DNA from: Candidatus Eiseniibacteriota bacterium | Lineage (GTDB): Bacteria > Eisenbacteria > RBG-16-71-46 | Direction of reading: 5' to 3' | DNA: 64,000 bases | Assembly (NCBI GenBank): GCA_963725865.1 | Contig: CAVSAC010000012.1 | Span: 864,001-928,000 of the forward strand | Shown here: in pieces, positions 30,538 to 40,966 of the stretch | Position numbering within the stretch: position 1 is the first letter of the stretch | How the letters are laid out: every line of letters starts with the position of its first letter | Made by a program: the position numbers and the translations under genes | The notes under the pieces: generated by a model | Told to the model about the DNA's origin: nothing | The model's database searches: none | What the model saw: only the letters and a program-made list of their open reading frames with translations

Positions 30538-31509
30538 GTGAACACGCTGAGCGTCGCGCGGCTGTTCGAGGATCAGCGCCAGGAGCTCCAGCTCGAGCAG
30601 CTCACGGAATCGATGGCCTCGAGCCTCGAGATCACGGTGAGCGACATCCATCGGCCCGGCATGGCGCTGATGGGATTCGTCGAGAATTTCCTGCCCGAGC
30701 GCATCCAGATCCTGGCGCAGACCGAGCTGACCTACCTCGCGACGCTCACGCCGAGCGACGTGCGGTTGGCGATCGACCGGCTGTTCCAGTTCCAGATGCC
30801 GCTCATCGTGGTGTGCAAGGCGCTCGAGGTGCCGCCCTACCTGATCCAGCGCGCGAACCAGACCCAGACCCCGGTGCTGCGCACCCCGCAGAGCACCACG
30901 CCCTTCATCCACTCGCTGACCGGCTACCTCGACCACCTGTTCGCGCCGCAGGTCTCGGTCCACGGATCGCTGGTGGACGTCTACGGGGTGGGGCTGATGT
31001 TCACGGGGCGCAGCGCGATCGGCAAGTCGGAGACCGCGCTCGACCTGGTCGAGCGCGGCCATCGGCTGGTGGCCGACGACGTCGTCACGATCACGCGGCG
31101 CCACGGCGATCTGCTGATCGGTACCGGGAACCAGCTCCTGCGCCACCACATGGAGATCCGCGGTCTCGGCATCATCGACGTGCAGGCGATCTTCGGCATC
31201 CGCTCGATCCGCCTGCAGAAGCGCATCGAGGTCGAAGTGCAGCTCACCGAGTGGTCGAACGAGGCCGACTACGAGCGGGTGGGCCTGGACGAGCGCAAGA
31301 CCACGCACCTCGGCGTGGAGATCCCGCTCGTCACGGTGCCCATCACGCCGGGCAAGAACATCACGGTGATCGCCGAGGTGATCGCGCTCAACTACCTGGT
31401 CAAGGTCACCGCGGGCTACTCGCCGGCCGAGCGCCTGAATCAGCACCTGCTCGAGTTGATGAAGCGCAAGAGCGCCGCCAAGGCGTGGGTGCGGGCGGAC
31501 ACCGAGTGA
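30538..31509 (+). CDS. hprK: HPr kinase/phosphorylase
   Basis: HGSLVDVYGVG, GRSAIGKSE, GHRLVADD, MEIRGLGII. Confidence 0.96.
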   Translation: MNTLSVARLFEDQRQELQLEQLTESMASSLEITVSDIHRPGMALMGFVENFLPERIQILAQTELTYLATLTPSDVRLAIDRLFQFQMPLIVVCKALEVPPYLIQRANQTQTPVLRTPQSTTPFIHSLTGYLDHLFAPQVSVHGSLVDVYGVGLMFTGRSAIGKSETALDLVERGHRLVADDVVTITRRHGDLLIGTGNQLLRHHMEIRGLGIIDVQAIFGIRSIRLQKRIEVEVQLTEWSNEADYERVGLDERKTTHLGVEIPLVTVPITPGKNITVIAEVIALNYLVKVTAGYSPAERLNQHLLELMKRKSAAKAWVRADTE

Positions 31510-31904
31510 TGGCGCGCGTCCCGGTGCTGCTCGTGACCCACGCTGATCTCGCGGCGGCGCTGCTGCGCGCGGCCGAGACGGTGTACGGGCCGGCCGAGGA
31601 CATCGCGATCCTCAGCAACGAGGGACTCTCTCGCGACGGGCTGGAGGAGGCCATCGAGCGGCAGGTCGAGCATTGGACGCATGGCGGGCTGGTGCTCACC
31701 GATTTCTGGGGCGGCTCGTGCACGCTGTGCGGCCTGGCGGCGGCGCGTGGCCGCGGCGAGGTGGTCGTCGTCAGCGGCCTCAACCTCCCTATCTTGCTCG
31801 ACTACCTCCACAATCGCGACCAGGCCGACGTGTTCGCGCTCGCCGAGCGCCTGCAGAAGAAGGGGCAGGACAGCATCCGGGTCCAACGCGGGCAGCCGGC
31901 ATGA
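31509..31904 (+). CDS. PTS mannose/sorbose-family EIIA
   Basis: LLVTH (phospho-His), LTDFWGGS, SGLNLP. Confidence 0.87.
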   Translation: MARVPVLLVTHADLAAALLRAAETVYGPAEDIAILSNEGLSRDGLEEAIERQVEHWTHGGLVLTDFWGGSCTLCGLAAARGRGEVVVVSGLNLPILLDYLHNRDQADVFALAERLQKKGQDSIRVQRGQPA

Positions 31905-32389
31905 GCTGGCTCCTCGCGCGCGTCGACGATCGCCTCATCCACGGCCAGGTGGTGGTGGCGTGGGGGCAGCGGCTGAAGCCGGCGCGCATCTGGGTGGCGG
32001 ACGACCAGGCCGCGGCCAATCCCTGGGAGCGCGAACTGTTCGCATCCGCCGCGCCCGGGGTCGACGTGCGGGTGCTGACGATCGCGGATGCGGCCGCCGG
32101 CTGGGCGACCGAGCGCGACGCGCGCGGCGGCGCATTCCTGCTCGTGCGCGCGCTGCCCGTGGCGCTGGCGCTGGTCGACGCGGGGGCGGCCATCGAGGTG
32201 CTCAACCTCGGAGGCCTCCACTACGCGCCCGGCTCGGTGAAGGTGAACGAGTACGTCTACCTCGGCGAGGCCGACCGCGCGGCGGCCCGCGCGCTGCTCG
32301 CGCACGGGGTGCGGCTCGAGGTCCAGGACGTGCCGGCCACCCGCGCGGAGCGGCTCGAGTCGCTGGTGCCGGAGCTGAGCCCGCGATGA
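31901..32389 (+). CDS. PTS mannose/sorbose-family EIIB
   Basis: RVDDRLIHGQVVVAW, NLGGL. Confidence 0.92.
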   Translation: MSWLLARVDDRLIHGQVVVAWGQRLKPARIWVADDQAAANPWERELFASAAPGVDVRVLTIADAAAGWATERDARGGAFLLVRALPVALALVDAGAAIEVLNLGGLHYAPGSVKVNEYVYLGEADRAAARALLAHGVRLEVQDVPATRAERLESLVPELSPR

Positions 32390-32435
32390 CCCACCGTCGC
32401 ACGTTCGGCTCGCGCCGGCAGGCGCGCCGCGGCGC

Positions 32436-33143
32436 ATGAACCTCGCCCTGCTCGGGACGATCCTGCTCGGCGGCGTCGCCGCGCTCGACGCCACCCCGGT
32501 CGCGCAGACGCTGCTGTTCCAGCCGCTCGTCACCGGCACGTTGCTCGGCATGCTGTGGGGCGACGTGCCGCTCGCGATGCAGTCCGCCGTGGTGCTCCAG
32601 GTGCTGGCCTCCAGCACGCTGCCGGTGGGTGCGCGCACGCCCGAGGACTTCGCGGCCGCCGGCGTGGTTGGCACCGGGACCGCGCTCGCGCTCGGCGCCG
32701 GCGTGGGCTTTCCGATGACCCGCGAGGCGTGCGCGCTGGTGGGCGTGCTGGTGGGGCTGGCGGTGGCGGTCCTCGGCGTACCGCTGGTGAAGTGGCAGCG
32801 CCGACGCAACGAGGGCCTCAGCCGCTGGTGCGAGGCCGAACTGCGCGCCGGCCACGAGGGCGCGCTGACGCAGGCGCACGCCGCGGCCGTTGCCCTGGCG
32901 TTCGCGGTCGGGGTAGGGTACACGGCCGTCGGACTCGCGGCCGCCCGGATCGGGCTCGCCGGCGCGGTGGAGCGCGAATCGCTGCGGCTGGCGCGCGCGT
33001 GGTCGCTCGCCGAGCCGCTGTGGCTCGGGCTCGGACTCGCGCAGCTGCTGCACGCGTTCGTCCAGCGGCGGCTGATCCGCTCGGCGGTGTTCGGCGTGGC
33101 GCTGATGGTCGCGTGGCTGGTGCAGATGCTGGGGACGCCATGA
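32436..33143 (+). CDS. PTS mannose/sorbose-family EIIC
   Basis: Hydrophobic; QPLVTGTLLG, PVGARTP; position between EIIB and EIID. Confidence 0.82.
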   Translation: MNLALLGTILLGGVAALDATPVAQTLLFQPLVTGTLLGMLWGDVPLAMQSAVVLQVLASSTLPVGARTPEDFAAAGVVGTGTALALGAGVGFPMTREACALVGVLVGLAVAVLGVPLVKWQRRRNEGLSRWCEAELRAGHEGALTQAHAAAVALAFAVGVGYTAVGLAAARIGLAGAVERESLRLARAWSLAEPLWLGLGLAQLLHAFVQRRLIRSAVFGVALMVAWLVQMLGTP

Positions 33144-33901
33144 GCGGCGACCGGCTCGGGATGCGCGTGCGACTCGAGATGGGCCTGCGGGCGCAGTTGC
33201 TGCAGGCGACGTGGAACTACGAGCGCCAGCAGGGACTGGGCTGGGCGTGGGCGCTGCAGCCCGCGCTGCGGCGGCTGCTGCCGGATCCGGTGGCGCGGCG
33301 CGAGCGGCTGGCGGAGCACACGGCGTTTTTCAACACCCAGCCGTCGATGTGTTCGCTGGCGCTGGGCGCCGCTGCCGCGCTCGAGGCCGAGCGGGCCGCG
33401 GGCGCCGGACCGGACGCCGAGGGGATGACGCGGGTGAAGAACGTGCTCGGCTCCTCGCTCGCCTCGCTCGGCGACCGGTTCTTCTGGTTCACGCTGCGTC
33501 CGGTGGCGGCCTGCCTCGGCATATGGCTGGCGCTGCACGGTCCGGCGTGGGTCGCCGCGCTGTCGCTGTGGCTGGCGTACAACGCGGCGCACCAGACCGT
33601 GCGCGTCGCGGGCGTGGGCTGGGGCTGGCGGGCGGGACCGGCAGTGCTCGACGAGCGGCTGCGCCGGCGCTTCGAATCCGCGATCCGGCTGCTCGTGCTG
33701 CTGGGCACCGCGGGAATCGGCGCGATCGTCGCGACGCTGCTGGTGCCGGGGGGCATTCCGCGCCCGTGGTCGTGGCAGGCGACGCTGGGCGCGGGACTCG
33801 TGATGGGGCTGTTGTCCGCGCAGCGGCCGCGGCCGTCGCCGGTGGAGTGGGCGCTGGGCGTCGGGGCGCTGAGTCTGGTCGCCGCGTGGATGATGCATTG
33901 A
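33140..33901 (+). CDS. PTS mannose/sorbose-family EIID
   Basis: QATWNYERQQGLG, FFNTQP, LASLGDRFFWFTLRP. Confidence 0.9.
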   Translation: MSGDRLGMRVRLEMGLRAQLLQATWNYERQQGLGWAWALQPALRRLLPDPVARRERLAEHTAFFNTQPSMCSLALGAAAALEAERAAGAGPDAEGMTRVKNVLGSSLASLGDRFFWFTLRPVAACLGIWLALHGPAWVAALSLWLAYNAAHQTVRVAGVGWGWRAGPAVLDERLRRRFESAIRLLVLLGTAGIGAIVATLLVPGGIPRPWSWQATLGAGLVMGLLSAQRPRPSPVEWALGVGALSLVAAWMMH

Positions 33902-33923
33902 GGGGGACCGAGGAGGACGGGGC

Positions 33924-34193
33924 GTGACGGAGATGGACCTGCTGATCCGCAACCAGCTCGGCCTGCACGCGCGAGCGTGCGCGCTGTTCGTCAAGACCGC
34001 GGCGCGGTTCCAGTCGCAGGTATTCGTCTCGCGTGACGACCTCGAGGTGAACGGCAAGAGCATCATGGGGGTGATGATGCTGGCGGCCGAGGAGGGGAGC
34101 ACGATCCGGGTGCGCGCCGACGGCCCGGATGAGAGCGCCGCGATCGCCGCGCTCCAAGCGCTGGTCGACGGCAAGTTCGGAGGCGAGCCGTGA
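33924..34193 (+). CDS. ptsH: Phosphocarrier protein HPr
   Basis: GLHAR (His15) and NGKSIMG (Ser46). Confidence 0.95.
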   Translation: MTEMDLLIRNQLGLHARACALFVKTAARFQSQVFVSRDDLEVNGKSIMGVMMLAAEEGSTIRVRADGPDESAAIAALQALVDGKFGGEP

Positions 34194-35947
34194 GATTCAC
34201 CGGCATCGCGGCGTCACCGGGGATCGGCCTGGGACCGGTGTTCCGTTTCGAACGCGACGAGCTCGCCGTCCGCGACACCCTGCTCGCGCCCGGCACCGAG
34301 GAGGCCGAGCTCGCGCGCTTCCGGGCGGCGCTCGATTCCTCGCGCGAGGACCTGCACCGCATCCGAGACAGCATCGCCGCCGAGCTGGGAGACTTCGAGG
34401 CGCGCATCTACGACGCCCACCTGCTGCTGCTCGAGGATCCCGAGCTGATGCGCGCGGTCGAGCACGGCGTGCGGGTCGAGCACCGCGGGGCGGCGGGCGT
34501 GTTCCGCGCCACCATGGGCCAGGTCTCCGCGCGGCTCGAGAGCGCGCAGGACGAGTACCTGCGCGAGCGCCACGTGGACATCCTGGACGTCACGCGGCGG
34601 GTGCTGCGCGCGCTGCTCGGCGCGGTGCCGCGCGCGCTCGCGGAATTGAAGGAGCCTTCGATCGTCGTGGCGCACGACCTCGGCCCCAGCGAGGTCGCGG
34701 TCCTGCGCCCCGACAAGGTGCTGGCGTTCGTCACCGAGGTGGGGGGGCGCACCTCGCACGGCGCGATCGTCGCCCGCGGGCGGGGCATTCCCGCGGTGGT
34801 GAGCGTGCGCGGCATCATGGCGCAGGTTCAATCCGGCACGATCGCCGCGGTGGACGGGTACACCGGCGTGATCGAGCTGGAGCCCGACGCGGCGTGCGAG
34901 CAGCAGTATCGCAGCCGCAGCCATCGCATCGACGAGGAGCGCCGCAAGCTCGCGCGCCTGCGCGACGAGCCCGCCGAGACCTCCGACGGCCGGCGGATCG
35001 AGCTGGGCGCCAACATCGAGCAGCCCGGCGAGGTCGAGGTCGCGCTCCAGTGCGGGGCCGACTCGATCGGGCTGTTCCGCACCGAGTTCTTCTACATGGG
35101 CCGCCCGGAGTTGCCGACCGAGGAGGAGCAGGCGGTGGCCTACCGGTCCGTCGCCACGCGGATGGCGCCGCGCCCAGTGCTGTTCCGCACCATGGACCTG
35201 GGTGGCGACAAGGTGGCCTCCTACCTGGGCATGACGCACGAGACGAATCCGTTCCTCGGCTGGCGCGGCATCCGCTTCGCGCTCCACCACCCCGAGGTGT
35301 TCCGCGCCCAGCTGCGCGCCATCTACCGTGCCAGCGCCCATGGCCGCGTCCGGATGATGTTCCCGATGGTCGCGAGCGAGGGCGAGCTGCTGCGTGCCCT
35401 GGAGCTGTGCGCCCAGGCCCGGGCCGAGCTGGACCACGCCGGCGCGGCGTACGATCCGGCGCTCGAGATCGGCCTGATGATCGAGACCCCGAGCGCGGTG
35501 TGGATGGCCGACGTGCTGGCGCGCCACGCGTCGTTCTTCTCGATCGGCACCAACGACCTGGTGCAGTACACGCTGGCGATGGACCGCGACAACGAACGCC
35601 TCTCGTACCTCTACGAGCCGCTCGAGCCGGCGGTGCTGCGCAGCATCGCCCACACGGTCGCCGCGGCCCACGCGGCCGGGCGCTGGGTGGGCCTGTGCGG
35701 CGAGATGGCCGGCGATCCGCGCATCGCGGTGCTGCTGGTGGGACTGGGAGTGGACGAGCTGTCCATGTCGCCCTACGACCTCCCGCGCGTGAAGGCGGCG
35801 ATCCGCAGCGTGCGTCACGAGCAGGCGCGGGCGGTCGCGGCCGCCGCGCTCGAGTGCCCGTCCGCGACCGCCGTCAAGGCCCTGATGCGCGAACACGTCG
35901 ACACCCGGCTGCCGAGCTTCCTGGCGGCGAAACGGAGCCCCCTTTGA
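34190..35947 (+). CDS. ptsI: PTS enzyme I
   Basis: GGRTSHGAI, GLFRTEF, ETNPFLGWRGIR, SIGTNDLVQY, CGEMAG. Confidence 0.96.
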   Translation: MRFTGIAASPGIGLGPVFRFERDELAVRDTLLAPGTEEAELARFRAALDSSREDLHRIRDSIAAELGDFEARIYDAHLLLLEDPELMRAVEHGVRVEHRGAAGVFRATMGQVSARLESAQDEYLRERHVDILDVTRRVLRALLGAVPRALAELKEPSIVVAHDLGPSEVAVLRPDKVLAFVTEVGGRTSHGAIVARGRGIPAVVSVRGIMAQVQSGTIAAVDGYTGVIELEPDAACEQQYRSRSHRIDEERRKLARLRDEPAETSDGRRIELGANIEQPGEVEVALQCGADSIGLFRTEFFYMGRPELPTEEEQAVAYRSVATRMAPRPVLFRTMDLGGDKVASYLGMTHETNPFLGWRGIRFALHHPEVFRAQLRAIYRASAHGRVRMMFPMVASEGELLRALELCAQARAELDHAGAAYDPALEIGLMIETPSAVWMADVLARHASFFSIGTNDLVQYTLAMDRDNERLSYLYEPLEPAVLRSIAHTVAAAHAAGRWVGLCGEMAGDPRIAVLLVGLGVDELSMSPYDLPRVKAAIRSVRHEQARAVAAAALECPSATAVKALMREHVDTRLPSFLAAKRSPL

Positions 35948-37023
35948 TGCTCACGCTCGAGCCCCCGTACGGCGACTACGACCACTTCGACATGGCGGCC
36001 CGCATCGCCGCGATCCCGGACCACGTCGACGCGGCGCTGGCCGCGCTCGAGGCGGCGCCCTGGCGTCTGCCGACCCGGGAGCCGGCGCTGATCGCGGTGG
36101 GCGCGATGGGCGGCTCCGCGATGGCGGCCGAGCTGTGCGCGGGACTGTGGTCCGACCGCCTGCCGCGGCCGTTGCTCATCACGCGCGAGTACCGCTGGCC
36201 GGCGTACGTGGACCGCAGCGCTCTCGCCCTGCTGTGCTCGTACTCGGGCGGCACCGAGGAGACGCTCGCGCTGTACGCCGAGGCGGGCCGGCGTGGCGCT
36301 CCGCGCCTGGCGATGACCACCGGCGGCGCGCTTGCCGCGGCGTGTGGCCGCGACGGCGTGCACGTGACGCAGCTGCCGGGCGGCTCGCCGCCGCGCGCGG
36401 CGCTGTTCTCGGCCTGGGTGCCGCTGAGCGGCCTGCTCGCCGCACTGGGCTGGATCGACGACCCGGCGCCGGCGTGGCGCGAGGCCGCCGAGGTGATGCG
36501 CGCGCAGCTCGCCCGCATCGGTCCCCAGGTGCCCGAGGCCCAGAACCCGTGCAAGCAGCTGGCGCGCGAGGTGCACGGCCGGCTGGTGTTCGTCTACGCC
36601 GCCTCCGAGCGTCTCGGCCCGGTGGCGACGCGGTGCCGCAACCAGCTGAACGAGAACGCGAAGCTGCTCAGCCATTCGGCGCTGGTGCCGGAGCTCAACC
36701 ACAACGAGATCGTCGGATGGGAGAACGCCGGCGCTGCGCAGGCGCCGATCGCCGTGCTGGTGCTCCGGGACCGCGAGGATGCGCCCGAGGCCGCGACGCG
36801 ACTCGCGCTCACCGCGGACTACGTTGCCCGGCAGGGGGGCGCGGTCCACGAGCTGCGGGGGGCGGGCGAGTCGCGTGTGGCGCGCGTCGCCGCGCTGGTG
36901 CAGCTCGGGGACTGGCTGAGCTTCTACCTGGCGCTGCTCAACGGCGTCGACCCCACGCCGATCGCGAGCATCGACGCGTTCAAGGCGCGGCTGGCGGAGC
37001 ACGGAGCCGCCCGCCCGCACTGA
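35947..37023 (+). CDS. Bifunctional phosphoglucose/phosphomannose isomerase (SIS family)
   Basis: AMGGSA, SYSGGTEET, TTGG, NENAK, PELNHNEIVGW, GVDPTPI. Confidence 0.88.
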   Translation: MLTLEPPYGDYDHFDMAARIAAIPDHVDAALAALEAAPWRLPTREPALIAVGAMGGSAMAAELCAGLWSDRLPRPLLITREYRWPAYVDRSALALLCSYSGGTEETLALYAEAGRRGAPRLAMTTGGALAAACGRDGVHVTQLPGGSPPRAALFSAWVPLSGLLAALGWIDDPAPAWREAAEVMRAQLARIGPQVPEAQNPCKQLAREVHGRLVFVYAASERLGPVATRCRNQLNENAKLLSHSALVPELNHNEIVGWENAGAAQAPIAVLVLRDREDAPEAATRLALTADYVARQGGAVHELRGAGESRVARVAALVQLGDWLSFYLALLNGVDPTPIASIDAFKARLAEHGAARPH

Positions 37024-37175
37024 TCCGCGCGCCGGCTCGGTGACCGGCGACCGGGTGCCGCGCCAGCGCCCGCGGCATGATGCGCGCTCGGCGCCGCACG
37101 CGCTTTCGCCGCGCGGCGCGCTGTGGCAGAGTGCCCGCGCTCCCCGGCACCGATCGATCGGCTCAGGAGGGTTCC

Positions 37176-38768
37176 ATGCTGCCTCGTCCCACCCCCGCGG
37201 GCCCGGTGCGGCTCGCAGCGGCGGCGCTCGCGCTGGCGCTCGCCGTGAACGCCGTGCCGCGCGCGCTCGCCGCGCCGCGGGCGCCGCGCGCGAGCGTCGC
37301 TGCGGTACGGACCGGACTCGAGCGCCTGGAAGGCCAGGTGCAGGAGTTCCGGATCGCGAACGGCCTGCGTTTCATCCTGGTGGAGCGCCACGATGCGCCG
37401 GTGTTCTCGTTCCAGGCGATCGTGAACGCGGGCTCCGCCGACGACCAGATCGGCACCACCGGGCTCGCCCACATGATGGAGCACATGGCGTTCAAGGGTA
37501 CGCCGTGGGTGGGGACCCGGGATTTCGCGGCCGAGCAGCCGCTGATGGCGGCCGAGGACGCGGCGTTCCAGGCCCTGCTCGACGAGCGCCGTCGCGGAGC
37601 CGCCGCCGACTCCGCGCGGCTCGGCCAGCTCGGGAAGGCCTTCGCCGAGGCCCAGGAGGCGGCGCGTGCCCAGGTCGAATCGAACGAGTTCTCGCGCATC
37701 CTCGAGCAGGCGGGCGCCAAGGATCTGAACGCGTTCACCAGCTCCGACGTCACGGGCTACCAGTACTCGGTGCCGTCGAACCGGCTCGAGCTGTGGGCAC
37801 GGATGGAGGGCGGCCGGCTCGCGCACCCGGTGTTCCGGGAGTTCTACAAGGAGCGCGAGGTGGTGATCGAGGAGCGCCGGATGAGCACCGAGTCCTCGCC
37901 GTTCGGGCGGCTGCTCGACGAGTTCGTCCACCTCGCCTACGTGGCGCACCCGTACGGGTTCGGCACCATCGGCTACGCCTCCGATCTCGCGTCGTTCACG
38001 CGAGCCGAGGGCGACGAGTTCTTCAGGCGCCACTACGTCGCTCCCGCGATCACGATCGCGGTGGTGGGCGACGTCACGCGCGCCGAGCTGCAGCCGCTCG
38101 CCGAGCGCTACTTCGGCGACATCCCGCCCGGCCCGCCGCCGCCGGTGGTCGACACCGTGGAACCCGAGCAGAAGGCCGAGCGGCGCGCCGTCATCGAGGA
38201 CGCCGCGCAGCCCATCGTCGCCATCGGCTGGCACATCCCCGCGACCACCGACCCGAGCAGTGCGGCCCATCGGGCGGTGGCCGACCTGTTGGGAGGCGGC
38301 GACTACGCGCGCCTCCAGAAGGCGCTGGTCAAGGAGCGGAAGATCGTCGCGTACTTCAGCGTGGCCACCGGCATCCCGGGGGACAAGTTCCCGTCGATGC
38401 TCGGGATCCTCGCGGTGCCGGCGGCCGGGGTCGATCCGGACACCGTCGAGCGGGCGGTGTACCGGGTGCTCGACGACGTGGAGGCCGCTCACCCGTTCAC
38501 CGCCGAGGAGCTGGCAGGTTACAAGGTGCGGGTGCGTGCCCAGAAGATCGACGCGGCCGAGGGCAACGCGAACCTGGCGTCCGAGCTCGCCATGGCGCAG
38601 ACCCTGTTCGGCGACTGGCGGCAGTTCTTCCGCGAGCAGGAGCGGGTACAGGCGCTCACGCTCGACGACCTCGCGGGCGTCCTGAAGCGCTCGCTGACCC
38701 GAGCCAATCGCACCGTGGCCATGATCGCGAACCCGGCGACCGCAGCCGCCGATCCGGGGGGGCATTGA
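37176..38768 (+). CDS. M16 family zinc peptidase, active subunit (exported)
   Basis: Signal peptide; HXXEH (AHMMEHMAFKG), NAFTS, EREVVIEERR; AGGAGG RBS. Confidence 0.9.
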   Translation: MLPRPTPAGPVRLAAAALALALAVNAVPRALAAPRAPRASVAAVRTGLERLEGQVQEFRIANGLRFILVERHDAPVFSFQAIVNAGSADDQIGTTGLAHMMEHMAFKGTPWVGTRDFAAEQPLMAAEDAAFQALLDERRRGAAADSARLGQLGKAFAEAQEAARAQVESNEFSRILEQAGAKDLNAFTSSDVTGYQYSVPSNRLELWARMEGGRLAHPVFREFYKEREVVIEERRMSTESSPFGRLLDEFVHLAYVAHPYGFGTIGYASDLASFTRAEGDEFFRRHYVAPAITIAVVGDVTRAELQPLAERYFGDIPPGPPPPVVDTVEPEQKAERRAVIEDAAQPIVAIGWHIPATTDPSSAAHRAVADLLGGGDYARLQKALVKERKIVAYFSVATGIPGDKFPSMLGILAVPAAGVDPDTVERAVYRVLDDVEAAHPFTAEELAGYKVRVRAQKIDAAEGNANLASELAMAQTLFGDWRQFFREQERVQALTLDDLAGVLKRSLTRANRTVAMIANPATAAADPGGH

Positions 38769-38769
38769 G

Positions 38770-40911
38770 ATGACGACGGCACGAGCAGCATTCCCGCTGG
38801 CGCTGGTCCTGGTGCTCGCCGCCGCGTCCGGCGCGCGGGCGGAGGATTCGCGCTTCGATCCGCATCACGTGGTGGCCCCGCCGCTGCGCCCGGTCCGGGT
38901 GGTCACGCCCGAGCGCTTCGTGCTCCCCGATGGCGCGGTGGTGTTCCTGCTCGAGGACCACACGCTGCCGGTGGTGAGTGGCACGGCGTACTTCCCGGCC
39001 AGCCCGCTGCTGGTGCCCGACGATCGGGTCGGGCTCGCCGACGTCACGGGCGAGGTGATGCGCACCGGTGGCTCGGCCACGCACCCCGGCGACGCGCTCG
39101 ACGACCGCCTCGCGGCCATCGGCGCCTCGCTCAGCAGCTGGCTCTCCGACGACCTCGGCTACGGTGGATTCCGCTGTCTGACCGACAACACCGCCGAGGT
39201 GGTGGGGCTGTTCGCCGAGGTGCTGCGGAAGCCCGCGTTTCCGGACGACAAGATCGAGCTGTCGAAGGTGGGCCTGCGCCGCGGCATCGCGAGCCGCAAC
39301 GACGAGATGCTCGAGCTCCTGAACCGGGTGGCCGACCGGGCCGCCCACGGCGCGGGCAGCCCGTGGGTGCGGATCCCCGAGTACGCCACCATCGAGCCGA
39401 TCTCGCGCGCGGACTGCGTGCGGCTGCACGGACAGGTGTTCGTGCCCGATCGCATGGTGATCGCCGTGTTCGGTGATTTTCGGGCCGCCGAGATGAAGCG
39501 GCTGCTCACGCGCGCGTTCGCCGACTGGAAGCGCAGCGGAACGCCGGCGCCCGCGCTGCCGACGGCGGAGGTGATCCCGCCGGCGCGGCTGCTGTTCGCG
39601 CCCAAGTCCGACGTGACCCAGACGGGCATCATCCTCACCCATCTCGGCTCCCGCGCCGACGATCCCGACTACGCGGCGCTGCAGGTGTACGAGAACGCGC
39701 TGGGCGGCGGGTTCTCGTCGCGGCTCGTCAATCACATCCGCACCCAGCGCGGGCTGGCGTACGCGGTGGGCGCCGACGCCGGCATCCGCTACCGCCGTCC
39801 GGGGGTGTTCCGGGCGTACGCGCTGACCCGCAACGACTCGGCGATGACGGCGCTCGAGCTGTTGCGCGAGGAGGTGGCGCTCTCGGTGCGGGAGCCATTC
39901 ACCGACTCCGAGTTCGCGGTCGCGCGGGACGCGGTCCAGAACAACCTCGTGTTCGAGTTCGAGAAGCCGTCCGCGGTGCTGTTCCGCGCCGCGTTCTACC
40001 AGGTGCTCGGCTACCCGGCGGATTTCCTGGCGCGCTATCAGCAGGGCCTCGGAGCGGTGACGTCGCAGTCGATGTCCGCGGCGGTCCGGCGCAAGGTCCA
40101 TCCGGAGGCGCTGAGCGCGGTGGTGGTGGGCAAGGAGGGCGATTTCGAGCGTCCGCTCGCAGCGGCCGGACTGCCCGTCGAGCGCGTCGACATCTCGATC
40201 CCGCCGCCGCCCTCGAAGCTGGGGGCCGGAGCGGTCACCCCGGAAGCGCTGGCGCGCGGCCGCGCCCTGTTGGAACGCGCGGCGAATGCGGCCGGCGGAG
40301 TCGCCGCCTGGGCGGCGGTGAAGGGGATCACGACCTCACGCTCGCTCACGGTGTCCGTCGAGGGGCAGCAGATGCGGGTCGCCGACAGCACGATCTGGAT
40401 GCTCCCCGACCATCACTACGAGCTCCAGCGGCTGCCGATGGGCGAGATCGTGCAGGGCTGCGACGGCGCGTCCGGATGGGCGGCCGCGATGGGACAGGTC
40501 CAGGACCAGCCCCAGCTGCCGGAGCAGGTCGCCAAGGAGTACGAGCGCTCGTTGTTCCGTCTCTACGGCCACCCGGACGCGGTCGCGGCCCAGGTGCTGC
40601 CCGAACCGCAGACCATCGACGGGGTGCGCTACGACGTCGCGCTGGCGAAGAGCGAACGGCTGCGCGACTGGACCCTGTTCTTCGGCCCGACGGGCGGGCT
40701 CGACCGGATGGAGTTCGGCGACCAGGGTCCGCTCGGCGGCCCTGCGCGCATCACGGTGGTGTTCGACGACTGGCAGCCGCTGGGGGCACTCCGTTTCCCG
40801 CGCACCCAGAGCATGCTCGTCGACGGCAAGGCCTTCATGGAGGCGAAGCTGGTGCACGTCGAGCTCGACCCGGTCGTCCCGGACGAGGTGTTCCGGAAGC
40901 CGTCCCACTGA
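38770..40911 (+). CDS. M16 family peptidase partner subunit (no HXXEH) with extra C-terminal domain
   Basis: Signal peptide; GGGFSSRL..IRTQRGLAY motif; ~230-aa C-terminal extension. Confidence 0.85.
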   Translation: MTTARAAFPLALVLVLAAASGARAEDSRFDPHHVVAPPLRPVRVVTPERFVLPDGAVVFLLEDHTLPVVSGTAYFPASPLLVPDDRVGLADVTGEVMRTGGSATHPGDALDDRLAAIGASLSSWLSDDLGYGGFRCLTDNTAEVVGLFAEVLRKPAFPDDKIELSKVGLRRGIASRNDEMLELLNRVADRAAHGAGSPWVRIPEYATIEPISRADCVRLHGQVFVPDRMVIAVFGDFRAAEMKRLLTRAFADWKRSGTPAPALPTAEVIPPARLLFAPKSDVTQTGIILTHLGSRADDPDYAALQVYENALGGGFSSRLVNHIRTQRGLAYAVGADAGIRYRRPGVFRAYALTRNDSAMTALELLREEVALSVREPFTDSEFAVARDAVQNNLVFEFEKPSAVLFRAAFYQVLGYPADFLARYQQGLGAVTSQSMSAAVRRKVHPEALSAVVVGKEGDFERPLAAAGLPVERVDISIPPPPSKLGAGAVTPEALARGRALLERAANAAGGVAAWAAVKGITTSRSLTVSVEGQQMRVADSTIWMLPDHHYELQRLPMGEIVQGCDGASGWAAAMGQVQDQPQLPEQVAKEYERSLFRLYGHPDAVAAQVLPEPQTIDGVRYDVALAKSERLRDWTLFFGPTGGLDRMEFGDQGPLGGPARITVVFDDWQPLGALRFPRTQSMLVDGKAFMEAKLVHVELDPVVPDEVFRKPSH

Positions 40912-40966
40912 CGCCCGCAACCGTCCAAGAGCGGACGGCTCGGTGCGCGGCGCGCGGCGCCTCGCC

